A stretch of 63,256 nt of DNA, counting the filler, from Cercozoa sp. M6MM (Eukaryota; Protista; Endomyxa: Ascetosporea), in NCBI GenBank assembly GCA_040357565.1. It is 10 parts of 10 records of this genome, joined end to end, with 100 filler letters (N's around TTAATTAATTAA, not from the genome) between each part and the next. Parts side by side here need not be neighbours in the genome. Positions count along the whole stretch, not along the records: positions 24,236 to 48,420 come from JBDODJ010000159.1; 9 more parts are not named here. One strand, written 5' to 3'. Each line of letters starts with the position of its first letter. Position 1 is the stretch's first letter. The notes under the pieces were generated by a model. That model made no database searches, was not told the DNA's origin, and saw only the letters and a list, made by a program, of their open reading frames with translations. Shown piece after piece: positions 25,762 to 39,138 of this stretch. Both the position numbers and the translations under genes were made by a program.

Positions 25762-27912
25762 CTAGTCTGTGTTTATCCACGCGGAAGCAAGAATGACTGC
25801 AGCTGCACCGCCAATAATTAGCCACTTCCACGTGCTGGACTGTGCACAAGAGTGTATAAGCACGCTAGCAGACCAGAGAAAACAGTGTGTTTCACCTCTG
25901 GCTCGACCCGGATCTGGACTGGCATTTCTTGCTGCCGCTCGTTGCAGCACTCCTCCTGCTTGTCGCACGAGCAGTCGCCGCAAGCTTCCTTCTGCAAACC
26001 AGCACGTGAGCTCAAGCTTGTTCGTATCGCGAAAACAAAAACTACCTGGTTTTGCTTCTTTTTGCGCAAAGCAGCGGCACGGTGCAGACGCATCTTACTG
26101 CAGAAGTTGGAGGATGGTGTTTATTTTGATATATTCCAGTGTCCACCGGAGATGCGGTAGTACCTGGTGCGCGGTAGCGGTCGATGCTTGGCAGTTCTGC
26201 GTTCCTCCTGATCGAGTTGACGCACGAGATCCTCAATGTCGCCGACACTCATCGTTTGGCACGTCGGCGTCGTCTTGAGCGCCAACTGGCCGCACGCGCC
26301 GTCAATGTCCTGGTACACCAAAAAGATCAAGGATGGGATTACAAAGGGAACCAATGAGGAGATGCGCGAGGGGTAAAGCAAGAGGCACCTGGCCCATCTC
26401 CTTGCGCACGCGAACGTGCATCTTGTACTGCGACATGAGGAGTTCCTGCATCTCACGCACACTGTCGTCGGCAGGCGGCAGGAAGCCGTCGTCCACCTCG
26501 GTCGGATTGTACGGAATCAGGTTTACCTGTACAATTGCACTGTCTCAAAAAATACTACTGGGTGGAAAGGGACACAAGAGGGTAGGTACGATAAGCTTGC
26601 TGGCCCAGGGCGACAGGAGCTCGCCGAACTTGTGTGCCACGTCGAGCGAGTCGTTAACGTCGCGAATTACGATGCACTCGATCATGGCACGCACCTTCTT
26701 GGTCGTTGACAGGTGCTCATCGAGTGCCTGCATGATGTCCTCCAGTCGGTAAGCCTGCGCTGTCGGTACAATGCGCTCGCGCAACTCTTGCGTCGGCGCG
26801 TGCAGCGACAGCGCCAGATTAATACCTAGGGTGTCAAGGGGGGGGGGGTCGGGGTGGGGGTAGGGGTAGGGGTAGGGGCATATAGAGAGCAAGGGAAAGT
26901 CTACCAGCAGGCATGTCGAGGTGCATACGACGCATCTTGGACACAACGCCGACCGTTGACACAGTGACATGCTTCGGCGCCAGGCCTGCGAACCCACAGA
27001 TCAGTCTGTCTTCGAACTTTACAGAAGTATCCCCGGCGGCAAAAACTACCGAACATGGAGGATTCGCACATGCCGTGCACGGCGGCGCACACGGCGTCGT
27101 AGTTGTCCAGCGGTTCGCCCTGACCCATGAAAACGACGTTGCGCGGTGCCTCGCGACCTTCGGACACCTCGATCTGACGCGCGTGCCACAGCTGCTCGAG
27201 AATCTCGCCACACGTCAGGTTGCCCGAAAGGCCTAGTGTGCCTGCCCAGAGCGTAGAGTATGGGATACACTTAAATATGAGATTCGGGTACCTGTGGCGC
27301 AGAAACGGCACGCCATACGGCAGCCCACCTGCATAACCACACATAGTATTCTCTATCAGTGTAGACTAGCCTATGAAAAGCAAAAGCACCTGCGACGACA
27401 CGCACACCGACGTGTAGTTCTTGTGACGCATGATGACTGCTCGAGTTACCAAAACACTCACTCAGCGTCGCACGTGCGGTGCTAAGTTAAAAAATGTTAC
27501 CAGTTTCAACGTTGGCGCCGTCAGCAAGTGTGATCAACTGTACAGTTCGAGGCGATAACACACAAAGAAAGGTGAACCAATAAATACAAGCTTCGTGGTG
27601 TCAGTGCAGTCCTGACGAGTCTTGATTTTCGACGTCAACAACTGGTATTCATCCGAGTTGCTCACTGCGCACAGTTTCGCCTTTTCATCGGCACTCAGAA
27701 GAGACAACGACAGAGGTGTTACACAAAGCCGTAAGTCGCTTGGGCACTTCGAAGGAAGCCGGCACACCGTCAATTTGACCACTCTGAAAGATGTGTTTGT
27801 GCACACTGCGCAGGTGCATGTGCTTAATGCCCATCTCGTCTAGCGTTTGCTGCAGAGCCGGCACATCGAAAAGCGAGCGCGGACGGAGCTCTGACACGTT
27901 GCGACGGCCCAT
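25762..27912 (-). CDS. rlmN: RlmN-family radical SAM RNA methyltransferase with Cys-rich, tail-anchored C-terminal extension
   Basis: CVSSQVGCRMACRFCATG, VFMGQGEPLDN, VSTVG, LALSLHAP, VNLIPYN, DIDGACGQL, DIEDL. Three further in-frame exons run to TAG at 25762. Confidence 0.88.
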
Positions 27913-28178
27913 CTTCTGCCAAGTTGAAACAGAATCATTTCACCTCAAATCTCCTCAACACATTGCTTTCTGTAATTATACCACGGGGGGTGTATCGCAC
28001 GAGCACACAATAGCCGAGGCACACAATCGATGACGGGCGAAGCGTGAAAGTTCTCGCGCTGTTCCGGCTCAGAGGAATATATCGGCTCAAATATGATTCC
28101 GGAATCCATTGTTCTCGCGCTTGCGCTCTCCGGGATACCTATTGTAGTCGAGTGTTTGTCTGCTACGAGTACACCACA

Positions 28179-29457
28179 ATGTCAGAGTACGCCGAGCGTC
28201 CTCACGTTGAGGAAGATGGAGAAGACCTCTTGACGGTATAAAAATCTTGTAGTTGGTGATCTAGCGCGTTTGGCGTGGTCCACATGTGCGCATGTAGCGC
28301 GTTGATGTTTTTGCCTGGCGTCTGGCGCTGTAATATTGAGCACAGGTTTCGTTCGGCGAGAAATGTTTTTTGTTTGTGTTTTTGAGTTGTTTACTTTGTT
28401 TCGCGAAGCTTTTGCCTTATATCGGCTGCTTTTGCCTTGTTTCGGCTGCTTTTGCTTTGTTTCGGCTGCTTTTGCTTTGTTTTGATAGCTTTCGATTGGT
28501 TTTGAGTTGCTTTCGCTTGTGCAGATGGGCGGTCTGCGCTCAGAGCCGACGGAGGAGGATCTCGAGGCCGACGAGCTCGAGATGTTTGCGGCATCGCTCA
28601 AGTCCAAGAAGAAGAAGAAGAAGAAGAAGAGCGACAAGAAGAAGAAGAAGAAGCTCGACATTGACGTCACGTTGAGTAGGCTTTTTTCGCTTGCTTTTGA
28701 TTAGTTTTGGCTTTGGCTTTGGCTCGAAATTTTGAAAAGCTTTCTTGAAAGCTTTCACTTTTAAATGTTTTGTGCAGAGGAGAACGTGACTGCGTTCGAC
28801 GTTGCTGCCGACGACGATCGCGAGTACGCGTACCAGGTACAGCTTTCGCTTCTTTCGTTTTCGCTTTCGCTTTTGAGTTTCGCTTTTGCTTTGACTCGAA
28901 GCTTAAGCTTGATAGCTTTTAGTTTGAATTGAAAAGAGAGTTGCATGCTGTGTTGCAGGAGCTGCTGGACCGAATTTTCGCGCTGCTGCGCAAGAAGAAT
29001 CCGTCGCTCGGCAACCGAAAGGACAAGGCGCTGTCGGTGCCGGTGCTGCGACCTGTCGGCTCGCGCAAGACCATGTAGGCTTTGCTCTTTACCCCCCCCT
29101 TGCCCTTGTCTCAGTTATTACGGATGTGCGACTAGGTGGGAGAACTTCCCGCAGAACTGCAAGCAGATTGGCCGACCGATCGAGCATGTGATGAAGTACT
29201 TTTTGACGGAGATGAACTCGACGGGTCAGCTCGATGGCAGCAACCGTCTCATCTTCCGCGACCGTTTCCGCGAGAAGCAGATCCGGCCGCTGCTGTCGCG
29301 CTACATCATGGAGTACGTCACGTGCGGCTCGTGCCACTCGCCCGAGACGGAACTCACGCGCGATCCGGTCAAGCGCATGTACTTCCTCACCTGCAGTACG
29401 TTGCGCTTTCTGCTTGCATAGTACATACACGTACATACATACAGATATATGTAGATA

Positions 29458-29488
<31 letters not shown>

Positions 29489-29601
29489 CTATCTACGCAG
29501 ACCTGTGCGGCTGCCGTCGCTCCGTGGCCAGCATCAAGCAGGGCTTCGTTGCTGCGCGACGTGGCGAGCGACGTGCCGCGCGTATGGCTGGCACCTCGTA
29601 G
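28179..29601 (+). CDS. EIF2S2: Translation initiation factor 2 beta subunit
   Basis: Poly-Lys boxes, YAYQELLDRIF, WENFPQNCKQIGRPIEHVMKYF, C4 finger YVTCGSC...CNLCG. Confidence 0.95.
28421..28480 (+). repeat. 20-bp minisatellite x3 in eIF2-beta intron 1
   Basis: (A/T)TCGGCTGCTTTTGCYTTGT repeated three times. Confidence 0.9.
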
Positions 29602-29850
29602 AGTTAGACAGGGCTCCATGTGCGCTAAGTTAAGCATTTTTCGCGACGCGGCGTTGCGTTTTGCTTTCGTTTTCTAAATCTGCTCACTGACTTCAGCCTC
29701 CCTCGGCTGCTAACGTAACTTGGCTACTACCGTACCATCGCATACCATACCAGCGCAACCGGGGTCATGGCGCTTTGCGACTGGTACTCTTAGCAGACTG
29801 CTCGGTGCTGTACTGCGCTGTACTTTTCGTTTGTTTGTTGGCGGCGTTAG

Positions 29851-30822
29851 TTAGGCTCTTTCGGGTGCCGACACCCTTGAAACGTCGGCGCTCCTTGATA
29901 GCGAGGAATCTTCCACCAGTTCGTCGAGTTGTTGTTGGGGTGGTTGCACGCTGATGTGCAGCTGCGACGTCAAAGAGAGACCAAGATCTTCCCTCCTGAG
30001 CTCCGGCCTTTCAATCAAAATGTCCAACAAAAGAGCTTGTGCTGCGACCGACGCCAGTGCATGGAGAACGACGGGGTAAATCATGTAGCCGACGTATATC
30101 TCGGATGTGCGATCCACTTCCACGAAACCGAGCAATTCTTGATTGCAAACATACAGTACAAAAGCCTCTTCCAGAAACAAGGCGAGTGAATGCACACAGG
30201 AAGAATACCGGCCAAAGCAAAGCTGGCGACCACCATCAATGTTAAACCCATAGTGAGCATGAGCAGGAAAATGCCTGTATCAAAGGTACAACAGAAGGTA
30301 CTGTCCTTTGATATGTACAGCGAGGTAAAGAAGTCGAGCACGTACCAGCGACTGTTTCTAGCCATCGATTGATCGTCACAAGCACGCCAACGGAATGCAC
30401 TATCAATTCGCTGAGTTTTTGCTTGTAGTGGAGCACTATGAGAGCTGCGACGATGTACATCGCGCCCAGAAGCACGGAGATCGAGTGAAACAGCTTTTCG
30501 ACGGTCGGAGAGAACGATTCCTTTGTTGCCTGGATTGCGAGGTAGACCACAGCAGGTCCCTTTGAGAAGAAAGGTATAGCAAATATTTTATAGGGATCAC
30601 GTGTAAATACGCATGTATCTACATGTACAGTACTATTGCTATTGATGCGGCGAGTGTTTCTAGCATTTTGATGCCTCGTGTTCGCTGATGTCGCCACGCC
30701 TCGGACTCGGAAGAGTGCAGCACATCGCGCGTAAAGTTGCGAACTGATACGATGTACAACACGAAGATGCTCGAAAGCGAGCTTTGTCTCACGACTTCCA
30801 CTGCTTGCATCGCTGCTCGCAT
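29851..30822 (-). CDS. Multi-pass membrane protein (upstream exons probably extend to ~31600)
   Basis: Four exons splice in frame and contain several hydrophobic helices (SVLLGAMYIVAALIVL; IFLLMLTMGLTLMVVASFALA; YMIYPVVLHALASV). Confidence 0.6.
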
Positions 30823-31792
30823 TTCTGTGCAAGTGAAAACGCACAGAGTTCCTCCTCTATACCTATTCAAGTTGGTAAAACAAAGCTTGCTTTGGTTTTT
30901 CGTGCTCCACTCGTCGAATCCTCGCGAATGCTGTATCTGTAGTTTTATTGTCTAAGCTGAGTTTCCCTGTGTTTCAATACCAGACTACAGTAGACTTTTG
31001 AGTCGGAGAAAGTGGTGCTCGCGTCCCATCGTTTCTCTCCTGTCGAATAAACTAACATTTAAGTTTAAGAAATTCATTGGTTGAGCATTCGCCGGATCGT
31101 ATAGTGGCCATTCTGGTGTACCAAACTTAAGAACTGACATGCTAGTTGCATGCACTACATCCAAAACCAGGCACAGGAAGACAGCTATTGTCTGCGGCAG
31201 GAAACGCCGAAATAGTGCTGCACCACCGCCACAACTTCGAAACCAAGTTTATGTACCAAGTAGCGATGCAGACTTTGCTGTTTAGCTGGATCTTTCCCCC
31301 AGAAATAGCGGAACACCTGAAAAGACGATGCGAATTCTGTATTTCATAGCAACAAACTGAACGAATGCTGTACAGTTACCCACTTGAAAACGAACGTGAC
31401 GAAAATCGGACTACTGCACAGTGCTCTGACGAGCTCACCACATGGCGGGTATGGTGGCAAACCAAAGCGCATCGTCTCCTCACTGTCTGGTGTCCTACTG
31501 TGAGTTTTTATCCCTCAATGCCTGACTAGCGATCGTCCGCGCGGAAACTGCGAATTTACCATTACCGTGACCTGACTGCGGATATGTCCATACCACCTCC
31601 CGGCGAGTGTTAGCGAGATAAATCATAACTGCCTAAACTGAAACTCAAGTTGGCGTCAAGTTTTACCTCTGATCGAAGCGAGCAGAGGCTAAAGCGGATT
31701 TATGTTAAGATCGACGAAAGGTGGCAGCGCCTAATTTACAAAAGAGTTGCAGTCTCAACAAATCAAAAAGATTGTTTCGACTCAAATTAAAT

Positions 31793-34073
31793 TTACCCAG
31801 ACTGTTTCAACATGAACTGAAACGACTGCAGCTCGTGCCCACGAACTGCTCGCGTCTGGGGAATGAAACATCGAGTACGTGAATTTCCCAACTGAATGTT
31901 TGCTCGCTGTGGCACTTGCTTACCCAATCGAATGTCTGTGGTGGTTGCATTGTTGCTGTCTAAGCACGGTGTGTTTGCTCGGCAAATCAACTCCGTGCAT
32001 TGCTGCAGTAGAGTTTTTGACTCATCGGTCGAGCATACAGCAAGCATGATTCAACTGAAAAGAACGCACCACGTTTTCTCGATTGAGCGACGTGCCCACG
32101 AACTGCAAAGGCGACTTGATTAAGACATCGGTGCCGAGCTTGCTGCACGTCGCCGGTGTCTCCACGTGGATGCAGATGCTCATGAAACCCACAGCTGCTG
32201 TGGCATTGGTGATCACAGTGGCCACTTCGGCTTCGGTGAAGTTTGAATCGAAGCCAAACTGCAAGTCGCTGGAGTTCTTGCCGTCCAGACTGAACGTGAC
32301 ACGACCGAATAAGCATGTTTCTGCTTTATGCAAGAGAATCAACGCACCAGGTCGTGAACACGCTTTCTCCTTCGACGGTGGATTCGGGCATTGAATTCCA
32401 CGACACTTGTCGGTACGTCAGTGCGGCTACTGCGGGATTTGGGTTAACGTTGGCTCCGCCTTGGTTCTGCTGCATCGCTTGCACGGCTCTGTTGAATCAA
32501 AAACAACGCGCCTTTCGCACTAGAACAGAAGTGAAAATTAATACGCGTTCGTGTTTTCAATGAGTTTTGAACACGAGGTAGTGCACAAATCGAGCAGTTT
32601 CGGTGTCTGCACTCAGGCATATCAACAATCTCAACTGGTTGAGAAACGATAATCTGGAGTGTGAGTACCACAACTTTCGTGCTGACTGACACATCAACAG
32701 AGACAACACTGCACGCATCCTCGTGCAGACTCACTTGCAGACCTGCGAAATTGCCGGTGCAGACGTTGCTTGCACTGTTTACCTTGTCTGTCAAAAACCA
32801 CAATATTCGAAAATTCCGGGTCAGATTGTCGTAGTAAATATACAAGAAATCGATGAGAAAGAAACCTTTTTGGTGGCCCGCAGCTGACGAAGTTGAGACT
32901 TTGGGTGAGCAAGCCACCTGGGTGCATGCCACTTGGGAAGCACGCGGCCGCAGGGAGCTTTGCATCAGCCTTTGTTTTACAATCGGTGGCAGTGTTTTCG
33001 TCTTGACAGTGTAGCCAGCTCCCTGTCAATCATGCAAACTTAGATGAAACTTGCAACTAGAGGAGTTTAGGGAGGTGAGCATACCTGTGCACCGTAGATC
33101 CGAGAGAAATCTTGATTGTATTTCGGGTTGTAGTCGTCAAAGCCGGTCTTCATGGGCACTTCGGTTGCTTTCTTCCACTTGCTTGTGACGTCACCGTAGG
33201 CACTAATAGCGCCGTTTCTCCACGCGTTGCTGTAGTAGTCGTACTTGTGATTGTAGCCAGCGTTGCTTTGTCCCGTTCCGTACATGTTGTACTTGGGGTT
33301 GTACGCAGCTTTCTTCTTTGTTGGGACAGGAGTGGGAGACGGTGATTTCGTCAGTACACCGTCGTAACGAGCATCCCAAACAACCGCCTCGGGTTCTTGC
33401 AGCAAGCCATACGCAATGTCACCGACCAGTGTCAGTGGAAACTGAGTCTGAACTGCTGCTCTTCCGCTACGTCTGAATGAGCATAGTGTGTTAAAGTTAA
33501 TTGTACTACTGTGCCAGTAAATACAGAACACTGTACCCAACAAACAGAAGGTTTTCCGACTGAATACGCAGTCCGATCTGGCCTTGTTCACTGCCGGCAC
33601 GGTGCAGTAGTGCAACCGAGCAAGGCGGAGTGGGTTTTGTGTTTGAGTTGAGCACTCCACTGGTAGCCGCAGGGTCGGCACGGTGTGCTTGCACACCGAT
33701 ACACACGTCGACCAGAACAACACTATCCTCCACCGGTGTTGTTGGAGTCGCTGTGCGAATCAGTTGTCGCACGTCGCTTTCACTAATGTCGAACCCGAGC
33801 GCTTGTTTCTGACCCGGCTCGATGCAAACTTGTGCTCGTGTTGTGCCCAGTCGCTACAGTTAACACCTGGTTTGCCCACAATTGTTTTACAATAAAACTG
33901 GTCAAACATACCGCGCCTGGCTCAAACGGCGACCACCCGGCTGGAGAGGTACCGCCGGTGCTTGCGTATGCCTTTATTGCTGCGTTGGCACACGTTTTGA
34001 TGCATTGGTTCTTGATGGTGGCAGCTTTCACCCGCACGGCCACGATCGTGAGAAACTGCAAGAGAAACCACAT
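31793..34073 (-). CDS. Secreted orphan protein with YNPKYN-type repeats (3' end uncertain)
   Basis: Signal peptide MWFLLQFLTIVAVRVKA, in-frame spliced exons, Cys-containing domains. Confidence 0.6.
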
Positions 34074-34465
34074 TTTCACTTTTCGGCTCATTTCTCTCGG
34101 CTCAGATCGCACAAAAGCCTGCGCTAGCTTCTCCCGAAAACTAAAAACTGAAGACTTGCTGGGATCGCCCGGACCGAGCTCAGTTTGTCGGACTTTTGTT
34201 TTTGTGTTAGTATTTTAATACCCGAGAATCCAAACCGGCGATACAAAAAACCACCATGATAATTGTCGAACGCCACGAAGTTTAGCTGGGTTTAAAGTAG
34301 TAAATTAAAAGACTCATACGTTTAGGACAGTGAAGCAGATCAAACAATCGCTACATTTTAGCGAAATCTTGCATTGATTTCTACAATGATTGTAGCCAGA
34401 TAGCCAGCCCGCAAGAAGACTCGCGTCTCTCGAGACCCGCGTGACTGCACGTGCGTGTGTGAACA

Positions 34466-35347
34466 ATGTCTCAGTTTGGCAACGCGCATATCGAGCGACT
34501 CGGCGAGGAGCGCGACCCCACCAGTATGATTTGTGGTCAGAAACAAGAAAAATACTCTTTTGACGCCTGCGTTTCTTGTGTGCAGGTGCCACGTTCGTGA
34601 TCCGAAACGAGGACCACACGCTCGGCAATGTTTTGCGTTTCATGCTTGCCAAGAAGTACTTGCTTTACAGATAATCTGCTCGCTGTTCGCCTTGCTGTCA
34701 GAATAAAACTGTTGTATTTGTGTCGCTCAGCCCGGAAGTGACCTTCACGGGCTACAGTATCCCGCACCCGTCAGAACCAGTTTTGCACATTCGCGTTCAG
34801 ACCACGGTGCACTTGTGTTTGATGCTAGGCAGCATTGTGTGTATGGTTTGTGTGATCGAAACAGGGCTGTCCGGCCGAGAAGCCGCTTAAGCAGGCGTTC
34901 CGAGACATCATCAAGTGCTGCGACGTCTTTGACGCACAGTACGAGGAGGCAGTCAAGGCCTACCACAAACAGACGTATTTTTCCCCGCTTTTTTTCCGTT
35001 TTTTCCCGCTTTTTCACGTTGTTTCCGTTTTTACAGTTTTTTACAGTTGCATTGTGTTTTAAGTGAGCCCTAGATAAATTTGAGTGTTTTTGAGCAGCAA
35101 AACGGAAATGCCGGAGCTGCCGCCGAGTTCGCGCGAGCGACGCGAGAAGGCCGAGCAGGAGGCCGCCATGGCCGATGATGAGGAGGAGGACACGTCGGAG
35201 GCCTCATCTTCCTCGTCGGACGAGGACGAGACCTCGGAGCCAGCGTCCGAAGAGGCCGCCGAGGAGGCTGAGGAGGAGTCTGAGGAGGAAGTTTCGAGTT
35301 CCAGCGCCAGCAGCAGCGACGACGACTCGTCAGAGGACTCCGACTGA
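34466..35347 (+). CDS. POLR1D: RNA polymerase I/III shared subunit AC19 with acidic C-terminal tail
   Basis: [39 protein letters not shown]; 4 introns. Confidence 0.92.
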
Positions 35348-35410
35348 ACCCAAGCAACCTTTGTGTCGGGTTCGAATTCCAGTGCAGTTCACCCGCCTTC
35401 TTTCGTTTCC

Positions 35411-35471
35411 GTTTAAACTACTGCTTGTTGGCTCAGTTTAAACTACCTCCGGTTCAGTCAGTTTAAACTAC
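35411..35471. repeat. Three GTTTAAACTAC units at 25-nt period between convergent genes
   Basis: Units start at 35411, 35436 and 35461, with different spacers. Confidence 0.85.
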
Positions 35472-35474
35472 TGA

Positions 35475-38400
35475 CTAGCGAAAAAAGAACTCACGAATGC
35501 CGCTTTGCTTGCGATCGAGCTGCGGTGTGCGGCGGCCCTTTGCTTTGGTTTTCGAGCGACTCGGTGCACGTGCCGCCTTGACCTTGCTGTTAGACTTGAG
35601 CTTAGGCTTGCTGGTCGACCTGGCTTTGAGCTGAGTCGGGGAGGACTCGACTGTGGAGGGTGAAGTGGCCTGCACGGTTTGCCGCGAGAAGAAGCTGTCG
35701 GTGAGACTGCGCACGCCGTGCAGATTATTGTTGGACACGACACGTACAGCGCCGGTGCCCGTGGGAGCCGCACGGCGTTGCCTGGGTCGTCCCTGAGATG
35801 ACGTCGTGTTGCTGCGATCGACGAGAATGCGACGTCGTTTGGTCGGTGGTGCACATTTGTCTGACTGCGGCCTATCCGGTGCAGACTGGTGCGACGATTG
35901 AAGTTCGCGCCGCCTGTTGCCGATACTCGCCACAACCGCGGCGAATCCTCCGAGACTTGGCCGTTTTTTTGTGTTCGAGCTTTCGTTAACGCTGTTTTCG
36001 CCAAAGCTGTTGTTGAAGCTGTCTTCGTCGTCGTCGTCGCATTCAGTGTCGCTGTGATCACTCAGCACAATGGCCTGCTGTTGCTGCTGTTGCTGCTGTT
36101 TTTGAGTCTCCGAGGTGAGGTCCACAACGTCTCCGAGTACTCGTTGACGACCGCGCGACATGCAGAGACCTGCGCCTGTGCACACGGCGTTTGTTCCACT
36201 GGCCAGAGCACAAGGCAAGGAGGGGGCTGTTTCGGTACCTCGGTTAGCACGCGAGGCAGCAGCCGAGAAGAGCGAGTCCAAAGGACCACGTTTGGCTTTC
36301 GGCACCGACGTCTTTCGACTGGTCTCGTATCGTCTTATTTCCGTGCGTCTTGCCATCGTAGTTGTAGTTGTCGTTGTAGTTGTCGTTGTCGTTGTTGAAC
36401 TTGTTGTTCCCCTGGAAGTCGGCGCAGTGGTGTTCGTGCTGTGCACGTGGAACACCGAGTGCACCTGCTTATCAAGACTGCGAAGACTGAGCGACCTCCG
36501 CGGTCTACCAATACAGCGTAAAGGGCAATAAGAGGCTCAAAGAACGTTGGCTTTACCGAGCAGTAAACGAGTCGTGCAAAGTACTTCTGTCGTCGCGATC
36601 ATGCTTCGGCAAGTGCACCTCCTGCCACGCCGGCAGTTCCTCCAGTGTGTCTACACAGATACATCAACATTACAAAGACACAGAGTAGAGGTGGGGACAG
36701 AGTAAAGCAGCGCACGAGGGTCCACGAGGAAGCCAGCCACTTTGACTGCCGTCGCCTTGTCACGCATGCGGCCAACGACGTTTGGCAGCACTTGCTCTAC
36801 ACCAAGAGACACATCAGTTTCACCTTCAACATCCCCTGTGGAACAAAGACACCGCCGAGTAGTTCGAGTAATTCACTCTTCACCGTCGCATCTGCCGTCA
36901 ATCGATCCACGACGTGCTAATACAGGACGACCTTTAAATATATCGTCATGTGGTGATAGTTGAAAGTACCTTGATGTGCTCAAACGGCAGAAAATGGCGA
37001 CACACCTCGTTGACCATGTCATACACGATCTGTGCTGACCCAGAGATACCCTTTAGCCCTCCCTCTGGTTCTCAAGGACAACAAAACGCACGTGATGTCG
37101 AAACGAAATTTCGGCTTTCGCGAGCTGCGCCAGCCAGCGGCAAAAGCCGCGATTTTCCGCTTTTTTCGTCACGTCTTCGTCTTCGACGCCGTCGCCGTCC
37201 ACGTCGGCGTCGAACGCAAACTGCAGCAGATCTTCGAGTCCTTTGTTGTCGTCGCTCTCATCGTCCAATGCGTCCGCGCGAATGCCTGTGCGCAGACTCG
37301 ACCCGGACGTTTCCGCCGGTATGCGACTTTTGAGACAGATCAGCGTGCGTCGGAACGAGTGCTTCTCATGCTGCTTACAGTACTTAACGTAGAGACTAAA
37401 GGTAGGGGGGGGGGTAAGAGTACCATAGTGCGCAAGGCAACGGCAAGACCTACGCCAGGAAGTGCATCGACGTAGTCACAACCTACATGCAGTGTTGCAT
37501 ACGGTGCACTGGATTCCATTGCTGCATGCACATGTGTCACCACCCAATACGGCGAGTTGCACGAGTGTCTGCGCAGCAGGAGTCCAGTTTGAATCCTCTT
37601 CTTGCAGCTGCTGTCGTTTGACCACTTTGGCCAGTCGGTGTACGAACATCTAACAACAGATGAGCAGTATACAGGTGGAGGTGAGGCAGGAAACAAACAC
37701 AGGACATACTCGATTCTGTGCGTCCTTGCCAGTGCCGGTGACTTTCTTGTCGGCGTGCGACTCGAGCTGCGTCATGTCGTACAGTGCGCCGTTGCCATCC
37801 GTGTCTAGTTTCTACACGAACAACGACAGCAGATAATAAGAAAACACAAAGAGAGCAGGTTAGTAGCAAATAGTCACCGTGAGTAGTCGATCCACTCCAT
37901 ACACCAGAACGTCGCTATCTTCGGAGATGACAAAGTCTACCTTTCCTAATTTCACAACACGAGAGAAAAAACTAATATAGCACGACAGAAATAGGATAAA
38001 GGAGGAGACAGCAAGATCGACAAAAACTTACCACTAACGCACAGGTAGGCGAGTTGCGCATCAGCTTCGAAAGGAGCGACCTGCGGCGACAATTTCGCTA
38101 AGTACCAATCAAAACAAAAAACACACTGTCCAAACCACAAATGACACGCGAGCACGCTTCAGTGCAGCGGCAAAACGACGCTTCAGTTCGCGCGTCACAC
38201 GGACCTGTCAGACAAAGACAAGTCAAGAACACGAGCCAAACTCAAAAAGCAAAGCCAACGCTACAGATTTCTGAAAGCACTTGCGTGCAGCGTTTTTGTC
38301 GCCTTGCTCCAGCAATCGCATGCCTTCATCACGTGCGCTTTTTCGCATGTTGTTGCGCTTTTCGTCTTCTCTGAAGGAACGGCGTTACTTGGTTGTAAAC

Positions 38401-38851
38401 AAACAAGAAGAACTCGGGTTACGCTGCCTTTGCCGGAAGAGGAGCTCCATCGAAAACAACGAGTGGTTTGATCCCTACAAGATTAGAATTGAAACAACTC
38501 AATGTTGTTTAGTAGCTTTTAGAAGCACCATGGTGAAGAAGCAAGTGAATCATGCGCATGCAGAAAGCGACGAACTGAGCGGGGATCTGACCTTGCTCGA
38601 GTTCCAGTGCCTGCCACACGTTCCATAGTGTCAGAACAGGGCAAGGGAAGCAAAGTTGGAGAAGCTACCGAACCATAGGCAGCACGATGCAGCCAGCAAG
38701 CCTAGCACAGCCGAGTTGTAGCAATCTTTACAAAAAATACTGGCTGATCTGCCGATACCGCATCGATGGCACAGGACTGGCCACGTAGTCTGGAGAGATG
38801 CACGCGGGAGCTCAATGGCCGTAAGCGCTGCAGCAGCTGCTTCACGCCCAT
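35475..38851 (-). CDS. EXO1: Exonuclease 1 (XPG/Rad2 family)
   Basis: MGVKQLL..AIDAACWLHRAAY, PLVVFDGAPLPAK, VAPFEADAQLAYL, ISEDSDVLVYG, GCDYVDALPGVG, C-terminal PIP-like box QSGIREFF. Confidence 0.93.
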
Positions 38852-39138
38852 CTAGAAAGAAAGAGAACGACGAGTAAAGAAGTCATTCACGATCAAGCAC
38901 AAGCAGGCCCAATCCCGGCGGTGCCAAAAAAATACAGAAATGATCACCTGAAGCGAGCAGATCCACCGCACTCAGCAACAGATGCGAAAAACAGTAGCAC
39001 CACGAGACACACTCACATGCAGCTTGAAACAATGCCGTGCATGTGAGCGCCGGCGTACCTTTCAAAAATAAAGACTTTGAAGTTGACTTCACTGTACAAT
39101 ATACGATTCCAGAAGGAGCATACGTGTGTCGATCTATA

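Noticed and set aside
35411-35471. CRISPR-like repeat-spacer array
   Set aside because: An 11-nt repeat with 14-nt spacers is too short, the context is eukaryotic, and there are no cas genes.
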